NCBI GenBank assembly: GCA_032718475.1
Contig: JAUCBJ010001181.1
Span: forward strand, 1-60,637
Direction of reading: 5' to 3'
Origin: Nemertoderma westbladi
Taxonomy: Eukaryota; Animalia; Xenacoelomorpha
DNA length: 60,637 nucleotides
Below the pieces are notes generated by a model. The model made no database searches and had not been told where the DNA came from. It was given only the letters and a program-made list of their open reading frames with translations. Numbering within the stretch: position 1 is the first letter of the stretch; each line of letters begins with the position of its first letter. Positions 37,356 to 49,445 of the stretch are shown piece by piece. The translations under genes were made by a program, and so were the position numbers.

Positions 37356-37639
37356 AATTACATAAAATTATAACAAATGTGATGTCATGTGGAGCTGGCC
37401 ACTTGGACGGGTAGTCCCATTATTTCAGCGACCAGTTACACAACACAGATTATAGTCAAGGATTACTCTACTAGTCTCTCTAGTAGAATTTGACTTGATT
37501 ATAGTATATTTATGTATGTATTGTACAGTATAATAGTATCCTACTACAATTCAAGTAACACTAACACAGCTTACTATAAAATCAGGACTACAACTACTCA
37601 TGCATTCACTGTATTTTATAAAAAAAAAAAGCATAATAT

Positions 37640-38915
37640 AACAATAACCTAACTAGAACTACTTCTAAAACTATCTGATTTTAACCATCTACTAAGTTTA
37701 AATTTAAAACTATTTAATGTGGGACACTGCCGCACTGAAAGTGGAATTGCATTCCAAATTATAGGGCCTAATAGATATATAGATTTGACCCTTACTTTTT
37801 AATCTATGTTGTGTTCTAATGCAATTATTGGAGTTAGCAAATCTGGTCGCGAGATTATGTATGGTGGAAGTTTGTGTCAGAAGGGAAGGTAGGAAGGACA
37901 AATATTTCTCGAATAGAATGTGGGTCGAATGCGGGGTCCCTTTTATTAACAATTAACTTTATTTTATTTTGTAGATTATTTAATTTGGTTAGCGAGCATA
38001 GGGGGATGTGCTGCTTTTTGATGCGTTTTTTTTTCCTTCTGTACTTTCTAGTGTGCGGTTGTCTGGTAGAATTAATTGAAGGCGAATTATTCACAAATGA
38101 CTGGTAACCCCACACAGATACAGTAGTTCAAACAAGGATGTATTAATGTGAAGTAAAGGGCCTTTAATGCCTCGGGGGTTGCAAACGCTTTAACTTTGTT
38201 AATGATACCAATATTCTTACTAATGGGGGTCTTTATTTTATGAAAATGAGGTTTCCAGGAGAGTCTATCGTCTATTAAAATGCCGAGAATTTTAGCCACC
38301 TGCACTCGCTTTATTTCTTGTGAAGCTATAAATAGTGATTGTTTAAATGTGTATTGCTTGATTGTTGTGTTAAATATTATATAATTAATCTTCGATATAT
38401 TTAGAGAAAGTCGATTTATTCGAAACCATTTTGCGAGTTTTTGAAGTTCACAATTATTCTCAAGAAACAGTTTTGTTCTATCGATTTCGCAGAGTGTTAT
38501 GATATTTGTGTCATCGGCAAATAATATAAAGCCTAATTTGTCATAATTATTTACGATATCGTTGCAGTACACAAGAAACAGCAGAGGCCCCAAGATGCTT
38601 CCTTGAGGTACCCCACACGTTATTATACGGGAATTTGACAGATTATTATCAATACTTATACTGTTTACGACCGGAGAGGTAATTTTTGAAGAGACTCAGG
38701 GAGGTACCATCTATTCCATAGTGGTGTAATTTATTGAGTAAAATTTCGTGGTTGACTGTATCAAAGGCCTTGGAGAGGTCGATTGATATAGGGAGGGGGA
38801 AATTATTTTCATAAAGTGCCTTTGTAACTTTATCAAGTAGGCCAAGTACAGCAAGTTCCGTAGAACGGTGATTGCGGAAAACAAATTGAAATTTCGTAAA
38901 AATGCCATTTTCATG
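37640..38915 (-). mobile_element. Degenerate L2/CR1-group LINE ORF2 fragment (may continue, very decayed, at 39595-40300)
   Basis: [49 protein letters not shown] and LYFTLIHP motifs; frameshifted. Confidence 0.85.
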
Positions 38916-38935
38916 GAAATATTCTAGCGTCTATA

Positions 38936-39590
38936 TTTGAAACACAGATAGTTTCACCTCCCTCCTCCTCCGTGGGTAAGCCAGAATTTTTATTTTTGCT
39001 TTCAATCTTTAGCTACAAGTGTTTGCAAAAGGTGTCTCCGGCGATATTTCACAGGTCACTGTGCAATCATTCTTCAACCTTATTGTGTTTCAACATTTTG
39101 TTTATTCCATACGTAGCTCGGCAACAATGCAATACCTCTTTAATTATACTATTACGTAGCTATTCATAAATAAACAAAATGTTCTAGAATATGGTACATT
39201 TATTAAATAGAATAAATGGCCTGCAGGGGAAGCAAAAACATACAACATTCGAATGCTCATATCTCAGCTATTTCCCAACCAAATTCAAATGTTTTTACAT
39301 ATTTGGAATCCTTGCATGGGTAGCTTTCTATTGGTACCATCAAACCACAATAAGGTTGAAGAATGATTGCACTGTGACCTGTGAAATATCGCCGGAGACA
39401 CCTTTTTTAAACACTTGTAGCTAAAGATTGAAAGCAAAAATAAAAATTCTGGCTCACCCAGCAAGGAGGAGGGAGGCGAAACTATCTCTGTTTCAAATTT
39501 CATGCAATCTAATTAAGATTTGTAGAAAAAAAAATTTTTTTGGGGGGGGGCATGTACCTGAATAACCACACTATATTTCAGGACATGGTG
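38936..39590. mobile_element. Foldback Tc1/mariner-type MITE
   Basis: Internal inverted arms (38936-39087 vs 39343-39500); right end GGACATGGTG followed by TA; related to 4564-5100. Confidence 0.75.
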
Positions 39591-41004
39591 TAATATCGTA
39601 TACATCTCTGTCAACCGCTTGATCGCAATTAGACAAACTCCAATCAAGGGGCTGCACTCTAATGTAATCATTTAGAAGCTGATGATTCTGTTTGCATTGA
39701 GAAGACTTCGAGTTGAGGCTGTTAATGCAAATGTTCTCGCGTAAATTCTCCACACCGCATCCCAACGTCCGTTATATAGATGGGTCGCGCACTCAACCAT
39801 TCCGTCAGCGAGAATCCCGCAGGCCAGCTAACCAACCCGGTAGTTCTCCCAGAAAGGGTGACAACTAACGTAAACCCGGAAGCAGTTCGTCTGCGAATCA
39901 GGTCGAGCTATAAGCAGAGAGAATCTTTCATACACCATGTCGCTAACTTCGGTAACATTATTAATGAGAAACTTGAGGAAGTTTATAAGATAAGTTCTCG
40001 AGGGTGGGAATTCCTTCGCTTTTGGGTGGTCCACCGTTAGTTTCAGTATAGTGTCCTGGACCAATGCGTCGCTGTTGCTATGGATATTAATGACGTCTTT
40101 AAATATTGCCGTCAGTGGAAGGGATAGAAAGGAAGTGTTTCGTTAACATTGATATAGATGTAGTACCTGATGTCTAGTTGGAGATTCGCATTGGATGTGA
40201 GGGATAAGGGGGATCGCGACATGCACCCGTTGCCATGGAAACAACAGAAACCCTCCCTCAGTATCCATGACATCCCCGATCCCATCTACAGTAGGTATTC
40301 AGATATTAATATGCCGAGATGGGATTTGCGTCAAGTTTCCACCCCTGCATTTTATATATTATTTATTTGTTGTGTGGTGTAATCCGACACTAGAAATAAA
40401 TGACTATCATTTAAGCATTTAAAAAGTAGCAGCATTGAAATAAAAACAATGGAATGGATCCATAAGTTATATGATTATGATTTTTTCCCTAAGTTGAGTA
40501 ACTCCAAGGCCAGCAGAACCAATAGACAACTGGCAGCAGCAGGAGGGAGGGGGGAGGGGGGGGGGGGGGGGGAGTGCCTCAGAGTAAACCTTATAAGAAA
40601 GATAGTCTAACATTGCTTGAAAACCACAAATCTTGAGAGTAAGAACAATGCCAATAGGAAGGCTCCAATTTCTAAGGAAATAGAAGGGGATGATTAGCAA
40701 TTTTGATTGGTCGATGATGCATCCGCATGCTGATTCCTTATGTGTCAGTTGCATTAAGTCCTGAACCCATGGAACCCATAGCCTACCTGACGCCTGTCAG
40801 TCTGCAGGTCTGTACAGCTGTAGGCCTATATTTGTGATTGTCATTAATCAGTGTAGTGTATTCTGCGTTTTCACTCACATATATTACGGGTAAGCACTGT
40901 CAGACTGTTGCATATACCTGTATATGGCTGCACCTGCAATGGTAGAGTAGTCCTAATGTACTGAAAAGCTGTAACCCTGGAAAATGGCTGGAAACAGGGT
41001 ATTA

Positions 41005-41077
41005 GTACGTTTGAACGACACTAGCCAAACAATCCTGACATTAGATAATTAATGGCTGAATGGTCGTTCAAACGTAC
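41005..41077. mobile_element. 73-bp PIF/Harbinger (Tourist-like) MITE
   Basis: Perfect 15-bp TIR GTACGTTTGAACGAC/GTCGTTCAAACGTAC with TTA duplicated on both sides. Confidence 0.85.
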
Positions 41078-41104
41078 TTAATACCTGGAAACACTACAGC
41101 TAGA

Positions 41105-41950
41105 ATAAACACCGAGTTTGATAAAGGCCGGAAACATCTAGAAACATGTAGATTTATCAAAAATGAGGCAGAAACTATTGTTTGCTATATTTTTTTATAT
41201 TTTTTCAGAGAAAATTCAAAAGTGAACGATATAATTAACTACCGTAGTCGACCGTTGCCAGAAGTTTTAAACTTTGGAGTTTTAAATCTCAGAATTGATA
41301 ACAATTTAGCCAGTACTTCAGTAAAATGCACTGCGTTGTACCGGTACTACTGTACTAGACTAGACTACTCATATTAACGATTCCGACTAACTGAAGGCGT
41401 CACGATGATGTGGCGGCGAAAAATTATCGGTTGAACATAAACATGGCAGATGGCACTGGCACATGGAGTAATAGTAAACCCGAGAACAAAGTCGCCGAGT
41501 CCAAATAAACCCGGAATGGAATTCTGATGTCCAATAAACTTCGAATGAAGACGACGAAGTCCAAACTTCATTTTGTCGTTTAGACTCGTTGTGGTTTCCA
41601 TCTAGCGGAACATTTATCGCCTTGAATGCCACACCATACTCATCGCCAAGCTTGCAGTTTCAGAGTTCAGTCGGTATCATTCAAAGTCTAGTCTAATACC
41701 GGTACAACGCAGTGTATCCACACTGGTTGAATTGTTCCACACTCCTACGCACTGGTTGAATTGTTATCATTCTGCAATTTATAAAACCCGCTCGGGTTAA
41801 CATAGCAACGGAAATATTTCAATATAATGTTTAATTTCGTATTTTCGTCGGTAAAAAATTGTCCAACTGTTGTTTTCTGCCTCAATGTTTATAAATCTAG
41901 GTGTTTCTATATGTAATACAGGTTTCAGCCTATGACCCCGTAAGTGTTTT
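41105..41950. mobile_element. Diverged foldback element with ~260-bp inverted arms
   Basis: TAGATTTAT..GAGGCAGAAA vs TTTCTGCCTC..ATAAATCTA, and ACTGCGTTGTACCGGTA..TAGACTAGACT vs AGTCTAGTCTA.TACCGGTACAACGCAGT; boundaries approximate. Confidence 0.6.
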
Positions 41951-42637
41951 TTTATACGACTGAGCTACACCATATAGATGTTTAGTACTGATATCGGACA
42001 TTATAAACAAATTGGGTAGACTTCACCAAACGGTTGAGCTGGTTTTTTAGAGGGTCTTAAACATAGCAACGGGGGAAACTGCCATAGCAACAGCTCTTAT
42101 AGTATATCTGTAGATATGATTAGTTAAAATTTATTGAAGATTACTATTTTTGATATGATGAAGTTAATGGCATATTTAGTGTTTTGAAAATACCATAGCA
42201 ACCAAGTGAAAACGACCTTCAAAGTTAGCAGTATTGACAATGTCTGTAGCGACTAGCTTTACAGGTTACAGTTTCATAGTCAGCTACACGAACTTGAGTT
42301 TTTGTTTAAGTATTAGGTACCGGTAATTAATTACTTAAGTTCTAACGCTTCTTTGCTACATAGGAACTGTCGTAGTTTCATACAACCGCGACCGTACGTA
42401 ACACACTCTGTCTTTAAATGAATCGCCAATAACATATTTAATAAATCACCTAAACCTTTACTCTCGAATCGTACTGGTACTGTAGGTACTGCTGGTACTG
42501 TAGTAGTGATAGTTTTCTTTTGGTTCCATTTGCTTGTCACTGTCACTATAACCTGCTCCTTTCCGTTACAGCGACATGCAACTTTTTTTAAATGGGAAAG
42601 AAGCCGAAATGATGCCGTTCGTGGCGTATCCATAATT

Positions 42638-43016
42638 ATAACTTCATGGATAATGACTGTAGAAAGGGTCTAATGGCACGGTTAACAAAAACAGTTTCTA
42701 TTTATATGGCCATTTCATCCTCACGGACGTCTTCAGTAAATAAATTAAAATAACATTAAAATACAATTTATTAACAATTAATTTTTAAAAAAAAATTTTA
42801 AAAATTGTTTATAAATTGTATTTTGTATTGTATTGTATTGTATAAACAATTAATTTTTAAAAAAATTTTTTAAAAATTGTTTATAAATTGTATTTTAATG
42901 TTATTTTAATTTATTTACTGAAGACGTCCGTGAGGATGAAATGGCCATATAAATAGAAACTGTTTTTGTTAACCGTGGCATTAGACCCTTTCTACAGTCA
43001 TTATCCCTGAAGTTAT
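42638..43016. repeat. Near-perfect long inverted repeat with AT-rich nested palindromic centre
   Basis: 42638-42770 is the reverse complement of ~42884-43016 with about 2 mismatches. The centre holds two direct copies of an A/T palindrome. Confidence 0.92.
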
Positions 43017-43173
43017 GCAACTTATTTGCGCCCTTATATAATCTATTTATTATATTTACAACGATATAATATATATATATATACGAAATTTATAATAGTG
43101 AAGAGCTTGAAATACCTTAAACTACTGCCACCTCTATTTAATTTATTGATTAAGTTTTACTGAAGATTTGATA

Positions 43174-44640
43174 ATGGATCAACATACTAATATATTGAAA
43201 GAGAAATCGTCTGGCGCCGGAATAGTTATAAAGAAAGAACAATCAGATTGTATGATTATAAAGAGAGAACCAACAGACTCCACCCCCTATTATCTTGATG
43301 TTAAACAAGAGAAGTGCGTTTACAGATCATTTCCCATCGAAGATCACAACAATTTGTTCGGTAGAGTAAATATTGTCCCTGTACTAGATGACGAAGATAT
43401 TTCTTATGCACCATCTGAAGATTATTTTATTGTTGAAAAACGGGAAAACAATAGTCCAGACTGTAGGCCTATTGAAACAGAACCAACAATTAGTTGTGCA
43501 ACAACAGAGTCCGGTAGTTCTAATGAAACTGTTGGGGAGTTGGTATCTTCTTCAGACACCAGTTCCTGTTTGCATTGCAATGAATTATTTAATAACAAAG
43601 GAAATTTAGATAGACATATAGAATCCGTTCATAAAGACGTAAAGAATAAGTATAAATTCGATTATTGTGAGAAATTGTTTAAAGTAAAAAATTATGTAAA
43701 GAAGCATGTTGACGCTACCCATAAAGATATCAAACATAAGTGCGTTTACTGTCATAAAGAATTCAGTTACAAACACGGCATAAAACAACATGTTGACTTT
43801 GTACATAAAGATATCAAACATAAGTGTGGTTATTGTAATAAAGAATTCAGCCGGCAAAGTAGTCTAAACACCCACGTTAACTTTGTCCACAAAGGTATCA
43901 TCAAGTACAACTGTTTCGATTGTGGAAATTTATTTGCTAGAAAAGCCGAACTAAAAAAACATATCGAATCCGTTCACAAAGATATAAAACATAAATGCGG
44001 TTATTGTAATAAAGAATTCAGTTACAAATACGGCATAAAACAACATGTTGACTTTGTACATAAAGATATCAAACATAAGTGTGGTTATTGTAATAAAGAA
44101 TTCAGCCGGCAAAGTAGTCTAAACACTCACGTTAACTTTGTCCACAAAGGTATCATCAAGTACAGCTGTTTCGATTGTGGAAATTTATTTGCTACAAAAG
44201 CCGAACTAAAAAAACATATCGAATCCGTTCACAAAGATATAAAACATAAATGCGGTTATTGTAATAAAGAATTCAGTTACAAAACCGACATAAAACAACA
44301 TGTTGACTCTGTACATAAAGATATCAAACATAAGTGCGGTTATTGTAATAAAGAATTCAGCCGGCAAAGTAGTCTAAACACTCACGTTAACTTTGTCCAC
44401 AAAGGTATCATCAAGTATAGCTGTTCCGATTGTGGAAAATCATTTGCTACTAAAGCTCAACTAAAACAACATGTCGACTCTATACATAAAGATATCAAAC
44501 ATAAGTGCGGTTATTGTCATAAAGGATTCAGTCAGCAAGGCAGTCTAAACACCCACATTGACTTTGCCCACAAAGGTATCATCAAGTATACAGTAGCTGC
44601 TCCGATTGTGGAAAATTATTTGCTACATAAGCCGAACTAA
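43174..44640 (+). CDS. Tandem C2H2 zinc-finger protein (~12 fingers, HX4H type), C-terminally truncated by a 5-bp insertion
   Basis: ATG at 43174, IKKE/IKRE/VKQE motifs and repeated CxxC-x12-HxxxxH fingers. Further out-of-frame, stop-containing fingers run to ~44910. Confidence 0.85.
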   Translation: MDQHTNILKEKSSGAGIVIKKEQSDCMIIKREPTDSTPYYLDVKQEKCVYRSFPIEDHNNLFGRVNIVPVLDDEDISYAPSEDYFIVEKRENNSPDCRPIETEPTISCATTESGSSNETVGELVSSSDTSSCLHCNELFNNKGNLDRHIESVHKDVKNKYKFDYCEKLFKVKNYVKKHVDATHKDIKHKCVYCHKEFSYKHGIKQHVDFVHKDIKHKCGYCNKEFSRQSSLNTHVNFVHKGIIKYNCFDCGNLFARKAELKKHIESVHKDIKHKCGYCNKEFSYKYGIKQHVDFVHKDIKHKCGYCNKEFSRQSSLNTHVNFVHKGIIKYSCFDCGNLFATKAELKKHIESVHKDIKHKCGYCNKEFSYKTDIKQHVDSVHKDIKHKCGYCNKEFSRQSSLNTHVNFVHKGIIKYSCSDCGKSFATKAQLKQHVDSIHKDIKHKCGYCHKGFSQQGSLNTHIDFAHKGIIKYTVAAPIVENYLLHKPN

Positions 44641-46234
44641 AACAACATGTCGACTGTATACATAAAGATATCAAACATAAGTGCAGTTATTGTAATAAAG
44701 AATTCAACCAGCAAAGGAATCTAAACACCCATGTGAACTACTTTCATAAAGGTATTAAGTAAAACTGTTTTCTTTGTGTAAAATAATTTGCTAAAACAAC
44801 ATATCGAATACGTTCACCAAGATATCAAACATAAGTGCAGTTATTGTCGTAAAGAATTCAGTCGGCAAGACTGCTTAAACACCCATATCAATTCTGTTCA
44901 TAAAACTTAAAGTTACCGGTAACAAAATTGTTGTATTTTGTAGTGAACTATATATATTTGTAACTGATTAAATACATTGATTTTAAGGTTATTAATGTTT
45001 TCAGTGAATCTGATTTTAATACAACATAAACGAAATCAATCAATGAATCAAAGTGAAACTTATAAATTAGTAGCATGTCGAGTTATATCCCCTTTGACTC
45101 CCTTCAACCGATTCCCACTTATTCCCATGCACTTATTCCTGCACTTATTCCTTTTTTACCAAAATAATAAACGACCACTTTAATAATTCAGGGAATTGGG
45201 AGGACTTTACAGCGGCAGTGTTTTATGTATACAGTATTTGTACTGTATATATTTATATCCTTTATCGGGATAACCTCTTTGCCGTCCGGTCTTTTTAGCT
45301 AAAAACGGCGCCGATATTTTATATAATAATTTTATCTAGAGGTTAATGCGTAATCCCTGTCCTTACAACCGAATAAAACTCTTTTACTTCACTTAAAGTT
45401 TGTTTTTGATTCCATTGAGTTTGTATATTGTACTGTATACTTGTATAACGTTACTTAGTTAACGTTACTTTGTATAACTTAGTTAAAGTCAAAATAAAAT
45501 ATATTAATGGGGGCAGCAGTAGAGCCGAAGTAATAGTTTATGCCGCATCTTTCCCTAACCAAGGTACCAAACAGCTTTTACAAGAGTTGTAAGAATAAAC
45601 TACAACGCTATTTAATTTCTTTCCAACGAGGCGAGGTGTAAGTCAGACCCACACCGTGTTAGGGATGCCTCACTGTGGAATGGTACCAGTTGGGGAAAAA
45701 TAAAACATACGTGTGACGTCAGAATAGTTAGGTGAATCAGAGATGACATAATGGCATTGGACCGAAATACTTTCTATTGTAATAACCAAGTGAACAACAA
45801 TAAACCCAACTGCTAAACTGTTTTTAAACTGCTAAACCCAGTACAATATACTGCCCTCTTAAGTCAAAACCATGTAACTGAAAAAACTTAGTTTTAAGTA
45901 AAATTGATCTAAAGGTAATGGATATATATGGTATAGTATGTCAACTTGTGAGTTATATGGTTTTATCTTACAGTAGTACAGTATCTTCCATTAACCTTCA
46001 CTGCCATATAGGCCCATACTACATATATAGGTCGTAAGATGTAGACGTAAGTGTGACTGGGTAGTAAGCCTTCTAATTTTATGGATCTTTTGCTAATAGT
46101 TCTCAAAGTATTTAACGTCCAGGTTCTCAAAAAATACTACTCAAGAAAAATAGTAGCAATATTTATAGTGAAAAAAAGTTCATTTTTTTAATTCTAAAAA
46201 ACCGGTACTTTTTATTAAAAGAATACAGTATACT

Positions 46235-46905
46235 GTAGCATCTGTTGGGGTGATTATTTCCTCCGTTGTGGCAACTACAGCATCTGTTGTGGCTATTATT
46301 TCCCCCGTTGTGGAAACTATAGCATCTGTTGTGGCAATTGTTTCCTCCGTTGTGGCAACTATAGCATCTGTTGGGGCGATTATTTCCTCCGTTGTGGCAA
46401 CTACAGCATCTGTTGTGGCGATTGTTTCCTCCGTTGTGGTAACTATAGCATCTGTTGGGGCGATTATTTCCTCCGTTGTGGCAACTATATCATCTGTTGT
46501 GGCAATTGTGTCCCCCGTTGTGGCAACTATAGCATCTGTTGTGTCGATTGTATCCCCGTTGTGGCAACTATAGCATCTGTTGGGGCGATTATTTCCTCCG
46601 TTGTGGCAACTATAGCATCTGTTGTGGCGATTGTATCCTCCGTTGTGGCAACTATAGCATCTGTTGTGGCGATTGTATCCTCCGTTGTGGCAACTATAGC
46701 ATCTGTTGTGGCAATTGTTTCCCCCGTTGTGGCAACTATAGCATCTGTTGTGTCGATTGTATCCCCGTTGTGGCAACTACAGTATAGCATCTGTTGGGGC
46801 GATTATTTCCTCCGTTGTGGCAACTACATCTGTTGTGGCGATTGTGTCCCCCGTTGTGGCGATTGCTTCCCCCGTTGTGGCAACTATAACCTCCTTTGTG
46901 GCGAT
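46235..46905 (-). repeat. 42-bp minisatellite (~16 units) at the junction of the ZNF duplication
   Basis: CCGTTGTGGCAACTATAGCATCTGTTGTGGCGATT repeated; reverse complement of the 37072-37355 family. Confidence 0.92.
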
Positions 46906-46934
46906 TTTATCATCAAAATATTGGAACTGACTCA

Positions 46935-48308
46935 AATACTCCAGACTGTAGGCCTATTGAAACAGAACCAACAATTAGTTGTGCAACAACAGCGTCCGGT
47001 AGTTCTAATGAAACTGTTGTGGAGTTGGTATCTTCTTCAGATACCAGTTCCTGTTTGCATTGTAATGAATTATTTAATAACAAAGGAAATTTAGAAAGAC
47101 ATATAGAATCCGTTCATAAAGACGTAAAGAATAAGTATAAATTCGATTATTGTGAGAAATTGTTTAAAGTAAAAAATTATGTAAAGAAGCATGTTGACGC
47201 TACCCGTAAAGATTTCAATCATAAGTGCGGTTACTGTCATAAAGAATTCAGTTACAAACACGAGATAAAACAACATGTTACCTCTGTACATAAAGCTATC
47301 AAACATAAGTGTGGTTATTGTAATAAAGAATTCAGCCGGCAAAGTAGTCTAAACACCCACGTTAACTTTGTCCACAAAGGTATCATCAAGTACAACTGTT
47401 TCGATTGTGGAAATTTATTTGCTAGAAAAGCCGAACTAAAAAAACATATCGAATCCGTTCACAAAGATATAAAACATAAATGCGGTTATTGTAATAAAGA
47501 ATTCAGTTACAAAACCGACATAAAACAACATGTTGACTCTGTACATAAAGATATCAAACATAAGTGCGGTTATTGTAATAAAGAATTCAGCCGGCAAAGT
47601 AGTCTAAACACTCACGTTAACTTTGTCCACAAAGGTATCATCAAGTATAGCTGTTCCGATTGTGGAAAATCATTTGCTACTAAAGCTCAACTAAAACAAC
47701 ATGTCGACTCTATACATAAAGATATCAAACATAAGTGCGGTTATTGTAATAAAGAATTCAGTTACAAATACGTACTAAAACAACATGTCGACTCTATACA
47801 TAAAGATATTAAATATAAGTGCGGTTATTGTCATAAAGGATTCAGTCTGCAAGGCAGTCTAAACACCCACATTGACTTTGCCCACAAAGGTATCATCAAG
47901 TATACAGTAGCTGCTCCGATTGTGGAAAATTATTTGCTACAAAAGCCGAACTAAAACAACATGTCGACTGTATACATAAAGATATCAAACATAAGTGCGG
48001 TTATTGTAATAAAGAATTCAACCAGCAAAGGAATCTAAACACCCATGTGAACTGCTTTCATAAAGGTATTAAGTAAAACTGTTTTCTTTGTGTAAAATAA
48101 TTTGCTAAAACAACATATCGAATACGTTCACCAAGATATCAAACATAAGTGCGGTTATTGTCATAAAGAATTCAGTTACAAATACGTACTAAAACAACAT
48201 GTCGACTCTATACATAAAGATATTAAATATAAGTGCGGTTATTGTCGTAAAGAATTCAGTCGGCAAGACTGCTTAAACACCCATATCAATTCTGTTCATA
48301 AAACTTAA
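46935..48308 (+). pseudogene. 5'-truncated duplicate of the C2H2 zinc-finger gene
   Basis: Lacks the first ~90 codons and the ATG, carries the same CAGTA frameshift (47903-47909), and has a different finger count. Confidence 0.75.
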
Positions 48309-49445
48309 AGTTACCGGTAACAAAATTGTTGTATTTTGTAGTGAACTATATATATTTGTAACTGATTAAATACATTGATTTTAAGGTTATTAATGTTTTC
48401 AGTGAATCTGATTTTAATACAACATAAACGAAATCAATCAATGAATCAAAGTGAAACTTATAAATTAGTAGCATGTCGAGTTATATCCCCTTTGACCCCC
48501 TTCAACCGATTCCCACTTATTCCCATGCACTTATTCCTGCACTTATTCCTTTTTTACCAAAATAATAAACGACCACTTTAATAATTCAGGGAATTGGGAG
48601 GACTTTACAGCGGCAGTGTTTTATGTATACAGTATTTGTACTGTATATATTTATATCCTTTATCGGGATAACCTCTTTGCCGTCCGGTCTTTTTAGCTAA
48701 AAACGGCGCCGATATTTTATATAATAATTTTATCTACAGGTTAATGCGTAATCCCTGTCCTTACAACCGAATAAAACTCTTTTACTTCACTTAAAGTTTG
48801 TTTTTGATTCCATTGAGTTTGTATATTGTACTGTATACTTGTATAACCTGGCGCTTTGTGGGTTCTTAGTTAAAGTCAAAATAAAATATATTAATGGGGG
48901 CAGCAGTAGAGCCGAAGTAATAGTTTATGCCGCATCTTTCCCTAACCAAGGTACCAAACAGCTTTTACAAGAGTTGTAAGAATAAACTACAACGCTATTT
49001 AATTTCTTTCCAACGAGGCGAGGTGTAAGTCAGACCCAGACCCACACCGTGTTAGGGATGCCTCACTGTGGAATGGTACCAGTTGGGGAAAAATAAAACA
49101 TACGTGTGACGTCAGAATAGTTAGGTGAATCAGAGATGACATAATGGCATTGGACCGAAATACTTTCTATTGTAATAACCAAGTGAACAACAATAAACCC
49201 AACTGCTAAACTGTTTTTAAACTGCTAAACCCAGTACAATATATTGCCCTCTTAAGTCAAAACCATGTAACTGAAAAAACTTAGTTTTAAGTAAAATTGA
49301 TCTAAAGGTAATGGATATATATGGTATAGTATGTCAACTTGTGAGTTATATGGTTTTATCTTACAGTAGTACAGTATCTTCCATTAACCTTCACTGCCAT
49401 ATAGGCCCATACTACATATATAGGTCGTAAGATGTAGACGTAAGT
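46935..49445 (+). repeat. Second copy of a ~2.5-kb tandem segmental duplication (first copy 43450-46052)
   Basis: Near identity from TCCAGACTGTAGGCCTATTG through GTAGACGTAAGT, including the 3' non-coding flank. Confidence 0.95.

Noticed and set aside
36928-37414. Thr-rich mucin-like or Cys/His-rich ORFs (also 46180-47094)
   Set aside because: They arise from a 42-bp minisatellite that is open in several frames on both strands; there is no other gene evidence.
37072-46905. The two inverted 42-bp arrays as ends of one 10-kb transposon carrying the ZNF gene
   Set aside because: The outer flanks of the two arrays do not match as TIRs and no TSD was found.
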